IMG/VR virus record: IMGVR_UViG_3300033146_001994 | Location: 1-64,000 of that record | DNA from: a virus | Reading direction: 5' to 3' (one strand) | DNA: 64,000 bases | Part shown: positions 19,667 through 29,636 of the stretch, in pieces | Layout: the number at the start of each line of letters is the position of its first letter | How positions within the stretch are numbered: position 1 is the first letter of the stretch | Notes under the pieces: generated by a model | Told to the model about the DNA's origin: nothing | Seen by the model: only the letters and a program-made list of their open reading frames with translations | The model's database searches: none | Program-made: the position numbers and the translations under genes

Positions 19667-20194
19667 ATGAGTGACTGGATTAAAGTAATAAATGTAGCAA
19701 GAAATACTGTCAATAAAGAACCTTTAGGGAAAGAACCATCTTCTGCATGGAAAAGAAAGATTCTGCTAGCAGAGCATAGTCCTATACGTATAATTCGACT
19801 TGATTATACTTGGATTAATATTAAAAGTTGGATTAGTGTTCACTTTGTAAGGCACTGGCTAGGAATTACACATTTTGTTTCTACTCAAAGAGATGATAGA
19901 ACTGGTCTTGATAGAGATAGTAAACCACAAGATTCTCCTGTTAATCATTCATTTGAAGCAAATGCACAAGCAGTAATTAATATTAGTAGAAAACGACTAT
20001 GTTTTCAAGCGCACAAAGAAACAAGAGAAAAATGGATTGAATTCCTTGAAAATGCTGTGAGACCATCAGAACCTGAGTTACATAGTGTTTGTGTAAAAGA
20101 ATGTGTTTACAGAGGATTTTGTCCTGAGATGGTTAAATGTGGTTATTCTGAAACAAAAGAATTTGAACAAGAATTAATAAATTACAGGAAATAA
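19667..20194 (+). CDS. thyX: Flavin-dependent thymidylate synthase ThyX-like (short phage type)
   Basis: AEHSPIR, HFVRH, STQR, SRKRLC, CVYRGFCPE. Confidence 0.8.
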   Translation: MSDWIKVINVARNTVNKEPLGKEPSSAWKRKILLAEHSPIRIIRLDYTWINIKSWISVHFVRHWLGITHFVSTQRDDRTGLDRDSKPQDSPVNHSFEANAQAVINISRKRLCFQAHKETREKWIEFLENAVRPSEPELHSVCVKECVYRGFCPEMVKCGYSETKEFEQELINYRK

Positions 20195-20209
20195 AATTGA
20201 CATTTAAAA

Positions 20210-20452
20210 ATGTTCTTAGCTAAACTTTTAGATTTGGAATTAAATTCCGTGAAATTTGAAATAGTATTTGATGATGATGTAACTATAGCAGAGATTTTAG
20301 AAAATTTCTATAAATACTTAGGACTAACATCTATAGATAGAACTGCTTTAAAAATAGATTATATAACATATAAAGAAATGTATAATCTGTTTCCACAATT
20401 TAATTATATCAAAAGTAATACTAGATTTTGTGTGAATAAAAAGAAAGATTGA
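20210..20452 (+). CDS. Hypothetical protein
   Basis: 80 aa ORF. Confidence 0.55.
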   Translation: MFLAKLLDLELNSVKFEIVFDDDVTIAEILENFYKYLGLTSIDRTALKIDYITYKEMYNLFPQFNYIKSNTRFCVNKKKD

Positions 20453-20740
20453 AAAAAAGGAGAGGGGGGGGGAGTATAGTTAACCCCCTAATTCTTTTCT
20501 GTTTGCTGTTTTCTTTGTTTCTTATTGGGATTGTTAAAGGCTGGCTTTGTTTAAATACTGCTTGGTTAATTTGTTCTACTTATTATAATTGTTCAAAGTT
20601 ATTCAAATTTTCTGACAATATCAAATCTTTTGTAAAACTTATTTGCATTCCAGCTGCAATAGTTTTTATTTAATGACTTAAAGTTTTAAAATCTAATAAT
20701 TATTATTAAATTTACAGCAACAAAAAATAAAATATTTATT

Positions 20741-20974
20741 ATGCCAATATTTAGATGTGAAAATAAATCGTGTAGTAATTACAATAAGGATGTCAATTTA
20801 GAAGATACATTACATTGGGATACTGCACTAGAAGATTTTATTGTAGGCAGGTGCAAAGAATGTAAATCTGTTTTAAAACCTAAAGTGAAAAAGAATGTAA
20901 ATCTAAATTCTGTATTTACAATCAATAAGAGTGCTAGTAAACAACTAGATTCACACAAAAATACTATATACTAA
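20741..20974 (+). CDS. Small zinc-ribbon protein
   Basis: MPIFRCENKSC...CKEC cysteine pairs. Confidence 0.65.
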   Translation: MPIFRCENKSCSNYNKDVNLEDTLHWDTALEDFIVGRCKECKSVLKPKVKKNVNLNSVFTINKSASKQLDSHKNTIY

Positions 20975-21387
20975 TGGAACTAAACTTTACAACTACCAAA
21001 GAGAAGTATTATATTCAAATAATAACATTATTTAGAAGTATTCCTCCATTTAATACCTTAAGAACACAGGAAATATTAGTTTTAGCATGGTTGATGTATT
21101 ATCATAATAAAATAAAAACTAAAAGAAATCTTAATGAACTCGAAACTAATCTTATTCTATTTGATAATGAGTATAAGAATAAAATTATAGATAAACTTCT
21201 TAAAGACGATGAGGATGGAACTGCATATGAAAAAGCACTTGCAAGGTTTTCTAATATTTTAACTTCACTGCGTAAAAAAAAGTTTATACTTATAATAAAA
21301 AATAAAAATACATTGAATACAAAATTCATATTTAATCATACTAAAATCTCTAATATTAATTTTAAATTTAACATTGTAAATAAATAA
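20974..21387 (+). CDS. Hypothetical protein (possible winged-helix DNA binder)
   Basis: 137 aa; FSNILTSLRKK. Confidence 0.6.
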   Translation: MELNFTTTKEKYYIQIITLFRSIPPFNTLRTQEILVLAWLMYYHNKIKTKRNLNELETNLILFDNEYKNKIIDKLLKDDEDGTAYEKALARFSNILTSLRKKKFILIIKNKNTLNTKFIFNHTKISNINFKFNIVNK

Positions 21388-21389
21388 TT

Positions 21390-21692
21390 ATGACAGACAC
21401 AAAAAATTTGAACATGACAGAACCTGCAAAGGCTGTGACTGCTACAAAAGGCACAAAAAATTTGAACAAGAAAGCATCTGAAAAAACTGTAAAAACGAGA
21501 CCTACAAAAGATTCTACACAGGATGCTATTAAAAGCAGAGTTGCCTACTTACAACATCAAACAGATTTAATCAATATTGAAAATGATTATCTTGATGCTA
21601 AGGTTACTAATATGGAACTGACTATTAAGCATGTTAATCTTGCAACTAACTATGCCAGGGCATTAAAAATTCTACAAAAAGAAAATTCTTAA
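21390..21692 (+). CDS. Hypothetical protein
   Basis: 100 aa; basic N-terminus, coiled-coil-like C-terminus. Confidence 0.6.
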   Translation: MTDTKNLNMTEPAKAVTATKGTKNLNKKASEKTVKTRPTKDSTQDAIKSRVAYLQHQTDLINIENDYLDAKVTNMELTIKHVNLATNYARALKILQKENS

Positions 21693-21707
21693 AAACAACT
21701 AATTTAA

Positions 21708-21737
21708 TAGGTAGCGTAATTGCTACCTACTTTTTTT
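21708..21737 (+). terminator. Rho-independent terminator
   Basis: TAGGTAGCG-TAA-TTGCTACCTA followed by T7. Confidence 0.8.
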
Positions 21738-21745
21738 ATTTTAAT

Positions 21746-21994
21746 ATGTTATCATTCAATTATAAAACTGTAGCAAAAGATGTTTCTAGAGATACTGGAA
21801 TAGATAAAGATGAACTTGTAAAAATACAATTCGCTATATTTGGAAAAGTTAAAGAAGCATTAGATAGTACAGTAGTAGAGAAAAATATTAGAAAAAATGC
21901 TAGAATAAAAGGATTTGGCATTTTTGTAGCAAAAGAGGGTATTATAGACTTTTTTAATAAAGCAAATGTAACTAAAAGATATAATAGAAAATGA
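21746..21994 (+). CDS. HU/IHF-like DNA-binding protein
   Basis: ARIKGFGIF motif; position upstream of terminase as in crAss-like phages. Confidence 0.7.
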   Translation: MLSFNYKTVAKDVSRDTGIDKDELVKIQFAIFGKVKEALDSTVVEKNIRKNARIKGFGIFVAKEGIIDFFNKANVTKRYNRK

Positions 21995-22533
21995 ATTTAC
22001 TTGACTATGTAGATGACGATATAAAAATTTCACCTGAACTTTTAGTTTTACTGCCTTTTAAGAAATTATGGGAAAGTAATAAAAGTAAAAGTAAAGCTGC
22101 TAAAGAGATTGCATATATATACTTCATGGTAAATAAAACTAATGAACTAGGATTCTGGCAAGAAGCAGATGCAACTGTTAGGCATAAGGAAATAAAAACC
22201 TTTATTTTTGGTAAAGATAGTAAATGGACTGCTTCTAAAGAGGTAATTGAAGCTAAACATTTCTATAGGAATCAAATCACACCTTTTGCTACAGGGCTCT
22301 TAGAAGATGCTATTAAGGCTGCTAATAGCATTAGAGAATATCTACGTGATGTTGACTGGAATTTAAAAGATAAATCTGATAAATTCACTTACGATGTAAA
22401 TAAAGTCAAAGAGTTATTGTTAAAACTGCCTGATATAGATAAAGCTATTACAGAGTTAAGAAATAGAGTTAAACAGGAAGAAAGTAATGATGCAGATAAA
22501 CGTGGTAATAAAAAGATAGGAATGTATGAATAA
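21991..22533 (+). CDS. Conserved protein upstream of TerL (terminase small subunit candidate)
   Basis: PFKKLW..KSKSKAAKEIAYIYFM; overlaps the TerL start. Confidence 0.55.
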   Translation: MNLLDYVDDDIKISPELLVLLPFKKLWESNKSKSKAAKEIAYIYFMVNKTNELGFWQEADATVRHKEIKTFIFGKDSKWTASKEVIEAKHFYRNQITPFATGLLEDAIKAANSIREYLRDVDWNLKDKSDKFTYDVNKVKELLLKLPDIDKAITELRNRVKQEESNDADKRGNKKIGMYE

Positions 22534-25500
22534 CTTTAATTCTGTACAAACACAGATTACTACAGAGCTTTTAGAAGAACTTCCTAAAGATGTTGTAGAT
22601 TCTTTAAATGACCATCTTGAAAATATTGAATTCATACGTAATTTAATAAATCCTAATAGAAAATTTGCAAAAGATTTAGATAGAGATGAAGAGGGTAAAA
22701 TCTTAGTAAATATAACAAATCCTCACATACTAGAAGATACTGACTATTTTAGACCTCTTGCTATAGAATTTGAAATGAATGGCAAATACACTAGTATATT
22801 TCCTAATCCTGCAAGAACTTCTGAATATAGAAAGTTTTGGGATGAACAAAGAGATAGATGTATAAATGGTTATGTTAGAGAATCAGATGGAGAGTGGATT
22901 CCTGGAAGTTTTTACTTCTATTTAAACTTTTGTAGAATACCTGTTGCAGTTGCAAAAACTACTAAACAAAAACCATCTAAAAAAAATAAGAGAAGTAAAG
23001 CAGGCAAAACAGTTGAAGCTGATAGAGTATTAAAACATCCTGATTTTTGGGATGGGGATTATTTATATTATCATTATTTAGACCAAGCTAAAAAAGCAGG
23101 TAAACATGCTAATGTGTTAAAAACTAGAGGTAGAGGATTTTCTTTTAAAGGCGGTGAAATGTTAGCTGAGGGCTATTTCTTTTATGATAATAGTAATAAC
23201 TATGCTGTCGCAGCACATGAAAACTTCTTAACAAATGATGGGCTTTTAACTAAAGCTTGGGATATTATAGATGATATAAATATAAATACCCCTTTTACTA
23301 AAACAGCATTGCCTAAATCACCAATGAAAAGAGTAGCTTCTTATGTAGATGCTAATGGAAATATTAGAGGTACTAAATCTGCTGTTATTGGCATATCTTT
23401 AAAGAATGATATTGAAAAACATCGAGGAAAAAGAGGAAGGATAATGCTATTTGAAGAATCAGGTGTTTTTCCTAAATTAAACACAGCATGGGATATTGCT
23501 AGAAACTCCTTTGAACAGGATGACTTAGTATTTGGATTAATGATATCTTTTGGTTGTGTATGCAAAGGTACTAAAGTATATACTAATAAAGGTGAATATA
23601 TTAACATCGAAGATTTACAACAGCCTGATGGTATAGTAGGGTTTGGAGAAAATAATATTTCTAAAGAGCCTATAGTGTATATGCAGCCTCCAGCTAAAAA
23701 AGAATGTGTTAGAATAACTACTTCATATAGAACTTTGGAATGTAGTATAGACCATCCAATTTTAATAAGAACAACTGGAACACATAGAAAAGGATTTGAT
23801 AAAGTTGAAACATACTTTTCTAAAAAAACAAGTAAATTTATTACATGTAAAACTAAATCTAAAGTAACATACCATAAAAAAGTATGGAGAGATGCAGAAA
23901 AACTTAAAGAGGGTGATTATTTATTAACAGCGGATATTATTGATATATGGGGAACTGATAAATTATTTGATGCTAGACTTGTTGGGATGCTTATAGGGGA
24001 TGGTTCATATGGTATGAGAAAACATTATACTAGAATGGAATTTAAAACGCCTGTTTTTTCTAATTGTGATGACGAATTAAATAAATATGTCTATACTAAA
24101 TATGACGCTGTAACTGAAAGTTCATATATTACTAAATTAGGAAAACATTATAAAGAAACTAGGATTAGAAAATTAATTCCTATTTTAAAAGAAGTGGGAA
24201 TAGCAGGGCAATCTAAAACGCAAAAAAGACTGCCTAGTAATTATATGTACCTAACTAAAAAAGATTCACAAGAGTTACTAGCTGGTCTATTTGATACTGA
24301 TGGCAGTATAATGTTAGATGTAAACAATAGAGCTTCTATTACAATAAGCCAATGTAATATAGAAATTATAAAGCAAATAAAAACCTTGTTAGAAAAATTT
24401 GGTATAGTAGGGTTTATAACTACAGTAAAGCCGTCTTTAAAAGAGGGTAGAAAAGATAGAAACTTACACTACAGATTAATTATTACAACAAAACAAAGTA
24501 TAAGGAATTTTAAAAAATATATTCCTATAATAATTAAATATAAAATAGCAAAACTGGATAAAATTTTAAATTCTAAAGAGTTTTCGACAGATTGTAGAAA
24601 ATATGACATATTTAAAGGTATTAGGGAAGAAAGAGTAACTAAGGTAGAATATATAGGGAAAAAAGATATTTATAATCTAACAGCAGGAAACACACACACA
24701 TATTTAGCTAACAATATAATTACACATAATACGGGAGGAACTAAGGGCAATAGATTTGAAAGTGCTAAAGAGTTCATATACAACCCTGTAGGATATGGTA
24801 TACTGCCTTTGAAAAATGTATTTGATAAATCAACTGGTAGTGGAATGTGTAGCTTTTGGTCAGGTATTTATCTAAACACCGCAGGTGCATATGATAAAAA
24901 TGGTAATTCTGATGTAGTAAAAGCATTAATAAGGATTCTATATAAAAGGTGGGAAGAAGTACAAAGTGGAATTAAAGCAGATACTATCTTGCAAAGAAAA
25001 GCTGAGAATGCTATTACCCCACAAGAAGCAATATTAAGTACAAGTGAAAACATATTTCCTGTACAGGATTTAAAAGATAGATTAGCAGAAATTAAAACTA
25101 ACCTAGGTGCATTTATATCAAAGCATTATATAGGCTTGATGGGAGTAAAAGATGGAGAAGTGGTATTTAACCAAAAACCTGAATTAACCCCTATTAGGAA
25201 TTATCCTGTTGATATAGATTCAGATAGAACAGGTGCAATTGAAGTATTTAAAATGCCTGCAAAGGGAACTAAAGAACTGTCTATTGGAGAAAGGTATGTA
25301 ATAAGTGTCGACCCTGTAAGATATGATAAAGTGTTATATAGTGTCTCACTTGCTTCTATATTTGTATTTGATTTATGGCTAGATGAAATTGTGGCTGAAT
25401 ATACATGTAGACCTGAATCTATTGAAGATTTTAATACTCAACTATATAGATTAGCCATTTGGTACAATGCTGAAATTAACTATGAAAACGATATTACAGA

Positions 25501-25960
25501 TATATTTACATTTTTTAGAAATAAAAATGCACTTTATTATATAACAGATACTCCTGAAATGATTAAATCTTTAGAAATAGCTAAAGAGGGTAGAGGTAAT
25601 AGACAAAAAGGAACTCCATCAAGTGTTAAATTAAATAATCAAGCTAGACTTTGGTTAACCCAATGGTTAAAATCTCCTGTCAAAAGTGATACTGAGGATA
25701 ATGTAACATTGAATTTACACAAAGTACCTAGCATAGGATTATTAGAGGAATTAATTGCGTGGAATATTGATGGAAACTTCGATAGAATTTCTTCAATGGG
25801 AATACTTATGGTTAGTAGAAAAGATAAATTATTGTACTTAGAAAGTAATATGACACAGGAAGTGGCTGAATATGAAGAAGATGAATTTTTCAATGATGAC
25901 TTAAGTATTACTAACCAAAATGAGAAAAGTATGAAAAATTTTGATTTAAAATTTTTATAA
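22526..25960 (+). CDS. terL: Terminase large subunit (intein-containing)
   Basis: KTRGRGFSF Walker A-like, FEESG Walker B, FG|TGG, nuclease VDP, YEN, GNFDRIS. Confidence 0.95.
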   Translation: MNNFNSVQTQITTELLEELPKDVVDSLNDHLENIEFIRNLINPNRKFAKDLDRDEEGKILVNITNPHILEDTDYFRPLAIEFEMNGKYTSIFPNPARTSEYRKFWDEQRDRCINGYVRESDGEWIPGSFYFYLNFCRIPVAVAKTTKQKPSKKNKRSKAGKTVEADRVLKHPDFWDGDYLYYHYLDQAKKAGKHANVLKTRGRGFSFKGGEMLAEGYFFYDNSNNYAVAAHENFLTNDGLLTKAWDIIDDININTPFTKTALPKSPMKRVASYVDANGNIRGTKSAVIGISLKNDIEKHRGKRGRIMLFEESGVFPKLNTAWDIARNSFEQDDLVFGLMISFGCVCKGTKVYTNKGEYINIEDLQQPDGIVGFGENNISKEPIVYMQPPAKKECVRITTSYRTLECSIDHPILIRTTGTHRKGFDKVETYFSKKTSKFITCKTKSKVTYHKKVWRDAEKLKEGDYLLTADIIDIWGTDKLFDARLVGMLIGDGSYGMRKHYTRMEFKTPVFSNCDDELNKYVYTKYDAVTESSYITKLGKHYKETRIRKLIPILKEVGIAGQSKTQKRLPSNYMYLTKKDSQELLAGLFDTDGSIMLDVNNRASITISQCNIEIIKQIKTLLEKFGIVGFITTVKPSLKEGRKDRNLHYRLIITTKQSIRNFKKYIPIIIKYKIAKLDKILNSKEFSTDCRKYDIFKGIREERVTKVEYIGKKDIYNLTAGNTHTYLANNIITHNTGGTKGNRFESAKEFIYNPVGYGILPLKNVFDKSTGSGMCSFWSGIYLNTAGAYDKNGNSDVVKALIRILYKRWEEVQSGIKADTILQRKAENAITPQEAILSTSENIFPVQDLKDRLAEIKTNLGAFISKHYIGLMGVKDGEVVFNQKPELTPIRNYPVDIDSDRTGAIEVFKMPAKGTKELSIGERYVISVDPVRYDKVLYSVSLASIFVFDLWLDEIVAEYTCRPESIEDFNTQLYRLAIWYNAEINYENDITDIFTFFRNKNALYYITDTPEMIKSLEIAKEGRGNRQKGTPSSVKLNNQARLWLTQWLKSPVKSDTEDNVTLNLHKVPSIGLLEELIAWNIDGNFDRISSMGILMVSRKDKLLYLESNMTQEVAEYEEDEFFNDDLSITNQNEKSMKNFDLKFL
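23555..24730 (+). mobile_element. Intein (392 aa) with LAGLIDADG homing endonuclease
   Basis: Starts CVCKGT; block B SIDHPI; VGMLIGDG and LAGLFDTDG; ends NNIITHN followed by Thr; removal restores FGTGG. Confidence 0.95.
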
Positions 25961-25990
25961 TAATATTATTACCTTTACATAAAAAATAAT

Positions 25991-28339
25991 ATGATACAAT
26001 TTCCATATCAAAAAAGAGCAACATCACAGAAAACATTAAACTTTTGTATTGAATGTTTAGAAAGTGCTGAACAGATGCAATCTGAATTATCTATAGCAAA
26101 TGATAGTGCGGACTTGATAGATAATGAAAATATTCTAAAAGGTAAATTAGACCCTGTAAGGCTTGAAAAAATTGTAAATCCTATTGGAATGAAATCTTCT
26201 ACCTTTAGAGTACCTACCCAATCATATCCATTACTAAAAGATAAAGTTGACTTATTACAAGGAGAAGAATGGAAAAGAAAATTTGCTTTTTCAGCTAAGT
26301 TGTTAAATCCTGATGCTATTAAAGAAAAATATACTGTAAAAAATAAATTTATTAAAGATGGATTAATTAGATTAATTACAGATACAGAATTAGATGATGA
26401 TACTAAAAAGAAAAGAATAGAGAATTTACAAAACTCTATTATAAACTGGAAGTACATTAAAGAAATTAGAGCAAATAGAATTTTAGAGGCAGAATATGAC
26501 TTACAAGGGCTAAAATCTCTTTTTAACAAAGGATTTAAAGCCCTGAATACTACTAGAACAGAAATATACGCTATTGAGTTAGTAAATGGTAGAATACAAA
26601 CTAGAGCTGTCAATTGGAAGAATATCAAGGCTGCTAGATTAGGAAGTTCAGATAGAATTGATGATGCAGATATTATTATAGAAGAAACATATGAATCTCC
26701 TGGATGGATTATAGATAGATACTATGATAAATTAAAACCTAGTGAAATTACAAGAATTGATAAAGGACTTGTAGCACAATACGGTAATAGTAGAGATTTT
26801 TCATATCCAGCTACAGCAGGAGAAGTTACATTTAGTCGTAGTGACTTTGGAAAAACAGATATAACAACTACAAATAATATACAAAATAGCTTGATAGATA
26901 CAAATGCCGTAGGCAAATCAAGTATATTAGATTCCTTTGGTAACATTAGAGTTACCAGACTTGTGTGGAAATCACTTAGAAAAATAGGTATAATTAAATG
27001 GATTGAAAACGGTAAAAACCATGAACGTACTGTAGATGAAAATTATACAGCTAATAAAGACAAAGGAGAAGAAATAAATTGGTATTGGAAACCTGAATAT
27101 ATGCAGATAACTAGAATAGGGGATGATATATACCCTAGTGATTGGGGTATAAAAGCTATTCAATTTATGCAAAAAGATAATATTACTTCAGCAGGCAGTG
27201 GCTATGTGGGAAATGTTCTAGATGTATGTATTACAGATGTAATGAAGCCCTTTCAAGTATTATATGATATTATAATGGCTAGGACTAAGCATGCCTTTAT
27301 AGTTAGTAGAGGTAAAGTTCCTGTTTTAGATTTAGCTAGAAAACCTAAATCATGGGATGTGGCTAAATGGGATTATTACCTCAATACTATGAATACCCTC
27401 TATGAAAACTCTTTTAATGAGGGTGCAGTAGGTGTAGCAAAAGGTAAAATATCAGGTAATATGCAACAATCCACTAGGGTAATGGATTTAGAAAATGGCG
27501 CCTATGTACAACAACATCTTTACATGCTACAATATATTGAAAAGAAAATTGGCGATATTGTAGGTATATCTAAAGCTAGAGAGGGGCAATCATCCTCAAC
27601 TGAAACAGCTACAGGTGTACAGAATGCAGTAACACAGTCTTATCATATTACAGAGCCTTACTATGCTATACATGAAGCAATTAAAGATAGAGTATTAAAT
27701 AATATATTAGAGGGTGTTAAATACTGTATTAAAGTTAACCCTGAATTATATGAGAGTTATTTAGGGGATAATGATTTTATTTTAGATGAAATTGATTCTA
27801 CACAGTTTACAGAAACTTCTTATAACGTTGTAGTTACTTCTAGTGGGGAAGATTATGAGCTACTTAATCAATATAAACAGTTAGCACATGCAGCTATTCA
27901 AAACAATGCTATGAAATTATCCACTCTTGCTACTATATATTCATCTAAATCAATATTGGAGGTTAGAGAAAAATTGGAAAAAGCTGAACAAGATTTAGAA
28001 CAGAAAACAGCTCAACAAAACGAAGCTTCTGAAAAGATGAAAAATCAAATGATTCAATTAGAGTTAAAAGATAAACAAGATGATAGGGAATCTAAAGAAC
28101 ATATCAGTAATGAGAAAAATAAAATGCTTCTCCTTACAAAATTAATGGAGATTCAACGAGGAGAAAATGGAGATGAAATCTCAACAGAAGAAATGTTTCA
28201 TAAAATGGAACAGAACTATTCTGAATTTTCAGCGCTTATTGAGCAAAGAGAAATAGAAAATAAAAGGGCTGAAAAAGAACAAGCATTAAAAGAGGAACAG
28301 TTGAAACAGCATCAAAATGCTTCACAGCAACAGAAATAG
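25991..28339 (+). CDS. Portal protein
   Basis: Follows TerL; FPYQK, LLQGEE, GISKAREG; 782 aa. Confidence 0.85.
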   Translation: MIQFPYQKRATSQKTLNFCIECLESAEQMQSELSIANDSADLIDNENILKGKLDPVRLEKIVNPIGMKSSTFRVPTQSYPLLKDKVDLLQGEEWKRKFAFSAKLLNPDAIKEKYTVKNKFIKDGLIRLITDTELDDDTKKKRIENLQNSIINWKYIKEIRANRILEAEYDLQGLKSLFNKGFKALNTTRTEIYAIELVNGRIQTRAVNWKNIKAARLGSSDRIDDADIIIEETYESPGWIIDRYYDKLKPSEITRIDKGLVAQYGNSRDFSYPATAGEVTFSRSDFGKTDITTTNNIQNSLIDTNAVGKSSILDSFGNIRVTRLVWKSLRKIGIIKWIENGKNHERTVDENYTANKDKGEEINWYWKPEYMQITRIGDDIYPSDWGIKAIQFMQKDNITSAGSGYVGNVLDVCITDVMKPFQVLYDIIMARTKHAFIVSRGKVPVLDLARKPKSWDVAKWDYYLNTMNTLYENSFNEGAVGVAKGKISGNMQQSTRVMDLENGAYVQQHLYMLQYIEKKIGDIVGISKAREGQSSSTETATGVQNAVTQSYHITEPYYAIHEAIKDRVLNNILEGVKYCIKVNPELYESYLGDNDFILDEIDSTQFTETSYNVVVTSSGEDYELLNQYKQLAHAAIQNNAMKLSTLATIYSSKSILEVREKLEKAEQDLEQKTAQQNEASEKMKNQMIQLELKDKQDDRESKEHISNEKNKMLLLTKLMEIQRGENGDEISTEEMFHKMEQNYSEFSALIEQREIENKRAEKEQALKEEQLKQHQNASQQQK

Positions 28340-28413
28340 TGTTAATGTAATATGGTATAGATAGTTAAAACTTATCTGTCTCAATTTGATAGGAAAATAA
28401 ATTAATTGTATAA

Positions 28414-29619
28414 TTGTTAAAACAAAAACTTATGAACACAGAAGAATTGTTTGATGGCATTGGAGGTTTAGATTTAGAAGATGATTCTATAGAACTAAAT
28501 GCTGATGGTGTACCTGTAGATAATATTACGGCAAGTACGCAAATACCTGAAAGTGCAGAAACACCTACAGGAGATAACCAAGGCAAACCTGAGGATGATG
28601 AAGATGATGGACTTATTGACATTGAAGATTCATTGCTTAAAGACCTTAATGGCGCAGATTCTACAGAGGATAGTACAAATAAGTCTGTAAATACAGATGT
28701 AGATGCATATCTTAATTTTTTGGATAATCTAGTAGATTCTAAAGTTCTTAAAGAATATGATAAAGACGCTTTTCTAAAAGAAGTTGAGGGAGGTAAAAAT
28801 CCTACAGAACTTATAGTAGCCTTACAGAAAGAAGAATTAGAAGCTGCTAAAAAAGAGTATTTTGATGGACTATCTGATGAAGATAAGGAAGTGTATAAAG
28901 GGAAAACGTCGGGAGTGCAATTAGATGAACTTGGAAATGTTAATAATGCATTGGAGTATTATAAAGATATTACAGATGAATTTATAGAGGATGTGAAAAA
29001 TGAAGATACCCTTAAACAAATCATTTCAATTGATTTAAAAAATAGAGGATTCTCCGACGATGAAGTTGCGGAACAGCTTGATATATATGAAGAAAAAGAC
29101 TTAATTACAACTAAAGCTAAAAGTGCTAAAGAGAAAATAGTAAGTACTTTAGAAGCAACTAAAGTAAGTCTATTTGAAAAAGCAGAGGCTGCTAAACAGT
29201 CTGATTTAGAAAAAATCAGTTCTTATAAAAAAGAATTAAAATCTACAATTGAAACAATAGATACAATAATTCCAGGAATCAAAATTGATAGTAAAATGCA
29301 AGAACAACTCTATAAGGATTTTACTGAGCCTGTAGAGTATGGAAAAGACAAGTCTCCTATAGATGTTATATCCAAAGTTAGAAATATAAATCCTAAAATG
29401 TTTGATATTGCATTAAGATATTATAATAGAATAGGTTTATTTAATTTTGATGATAAAGGTAAATTTGCACCTGACTTTTCTGAAATTAATAAGAACTTAC
29501 AAACAAAAGAAGCTAGACGTATAAAAGCAATTATTAGTACTGATTCTTTTTCTAAGAAAGAAAATTCTAAAAATACTCAAATACCTAATAATACAGGATT
29601 ATTTGATGGAATAGATTAA
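28414..29619 (+). CDS. Acidic structural/scaffold-like protein (probable start ATG 28432)
   Basis: Very acidic N-terminus; lies between portal and MCP as in crAss-like phages. Confidence 0.7.
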   Translation: MLKQKLMNTEELFDGIGGLDLEDDSIELNADGVPVDNITASTQIPESAETPTGDNQGKPEDDEDDGLIDIEDSLLKDLNGADSTEDSTNKSVNTDVDAYLNFLDNLVDSKVLKEYDKDAFLKEVEGGKNPTELIVALQKEELEAAKKEYFDGLSDEDKEVYKGKTSGVQLDELGNVNNALEYYKDITDEFIEDVKNEDTLKQIISIDLKNRGFSDDEVAEQLDIYEEKDLITTKAKSAKEKIVSTLEATKVSLFEKAEAAKQSDLEKISSYKKELKSTIETIDTIIPGIKIDSKMQEQLYKDFTEPVEYGKDKSPIDVISKVRNINPKMFDIALRYYNRIGLFNFDDKGKFAPDFSEINKNLQTKEARRIKAIISTDSFSKKENSKNTQIPNNTGLFDGID

Positions 29620-29636
29620 ATCTTAATTATATAAAT

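Noticed and set aside
20449-20673. 74 aa + strand ORF
   Set aside because: TTG start, poly-G-derived RRGGGS and atypical composition; more likely non-coding, though not excluded.
21398-21468. 17 bp direct repeat CACAAAAAATTTGAACA (21398, 21452)
   Set aside because: In-frame internal duplication (TKNLN twice) in a low-complexity N-terminus; no sign of a regulatory or mobile role.
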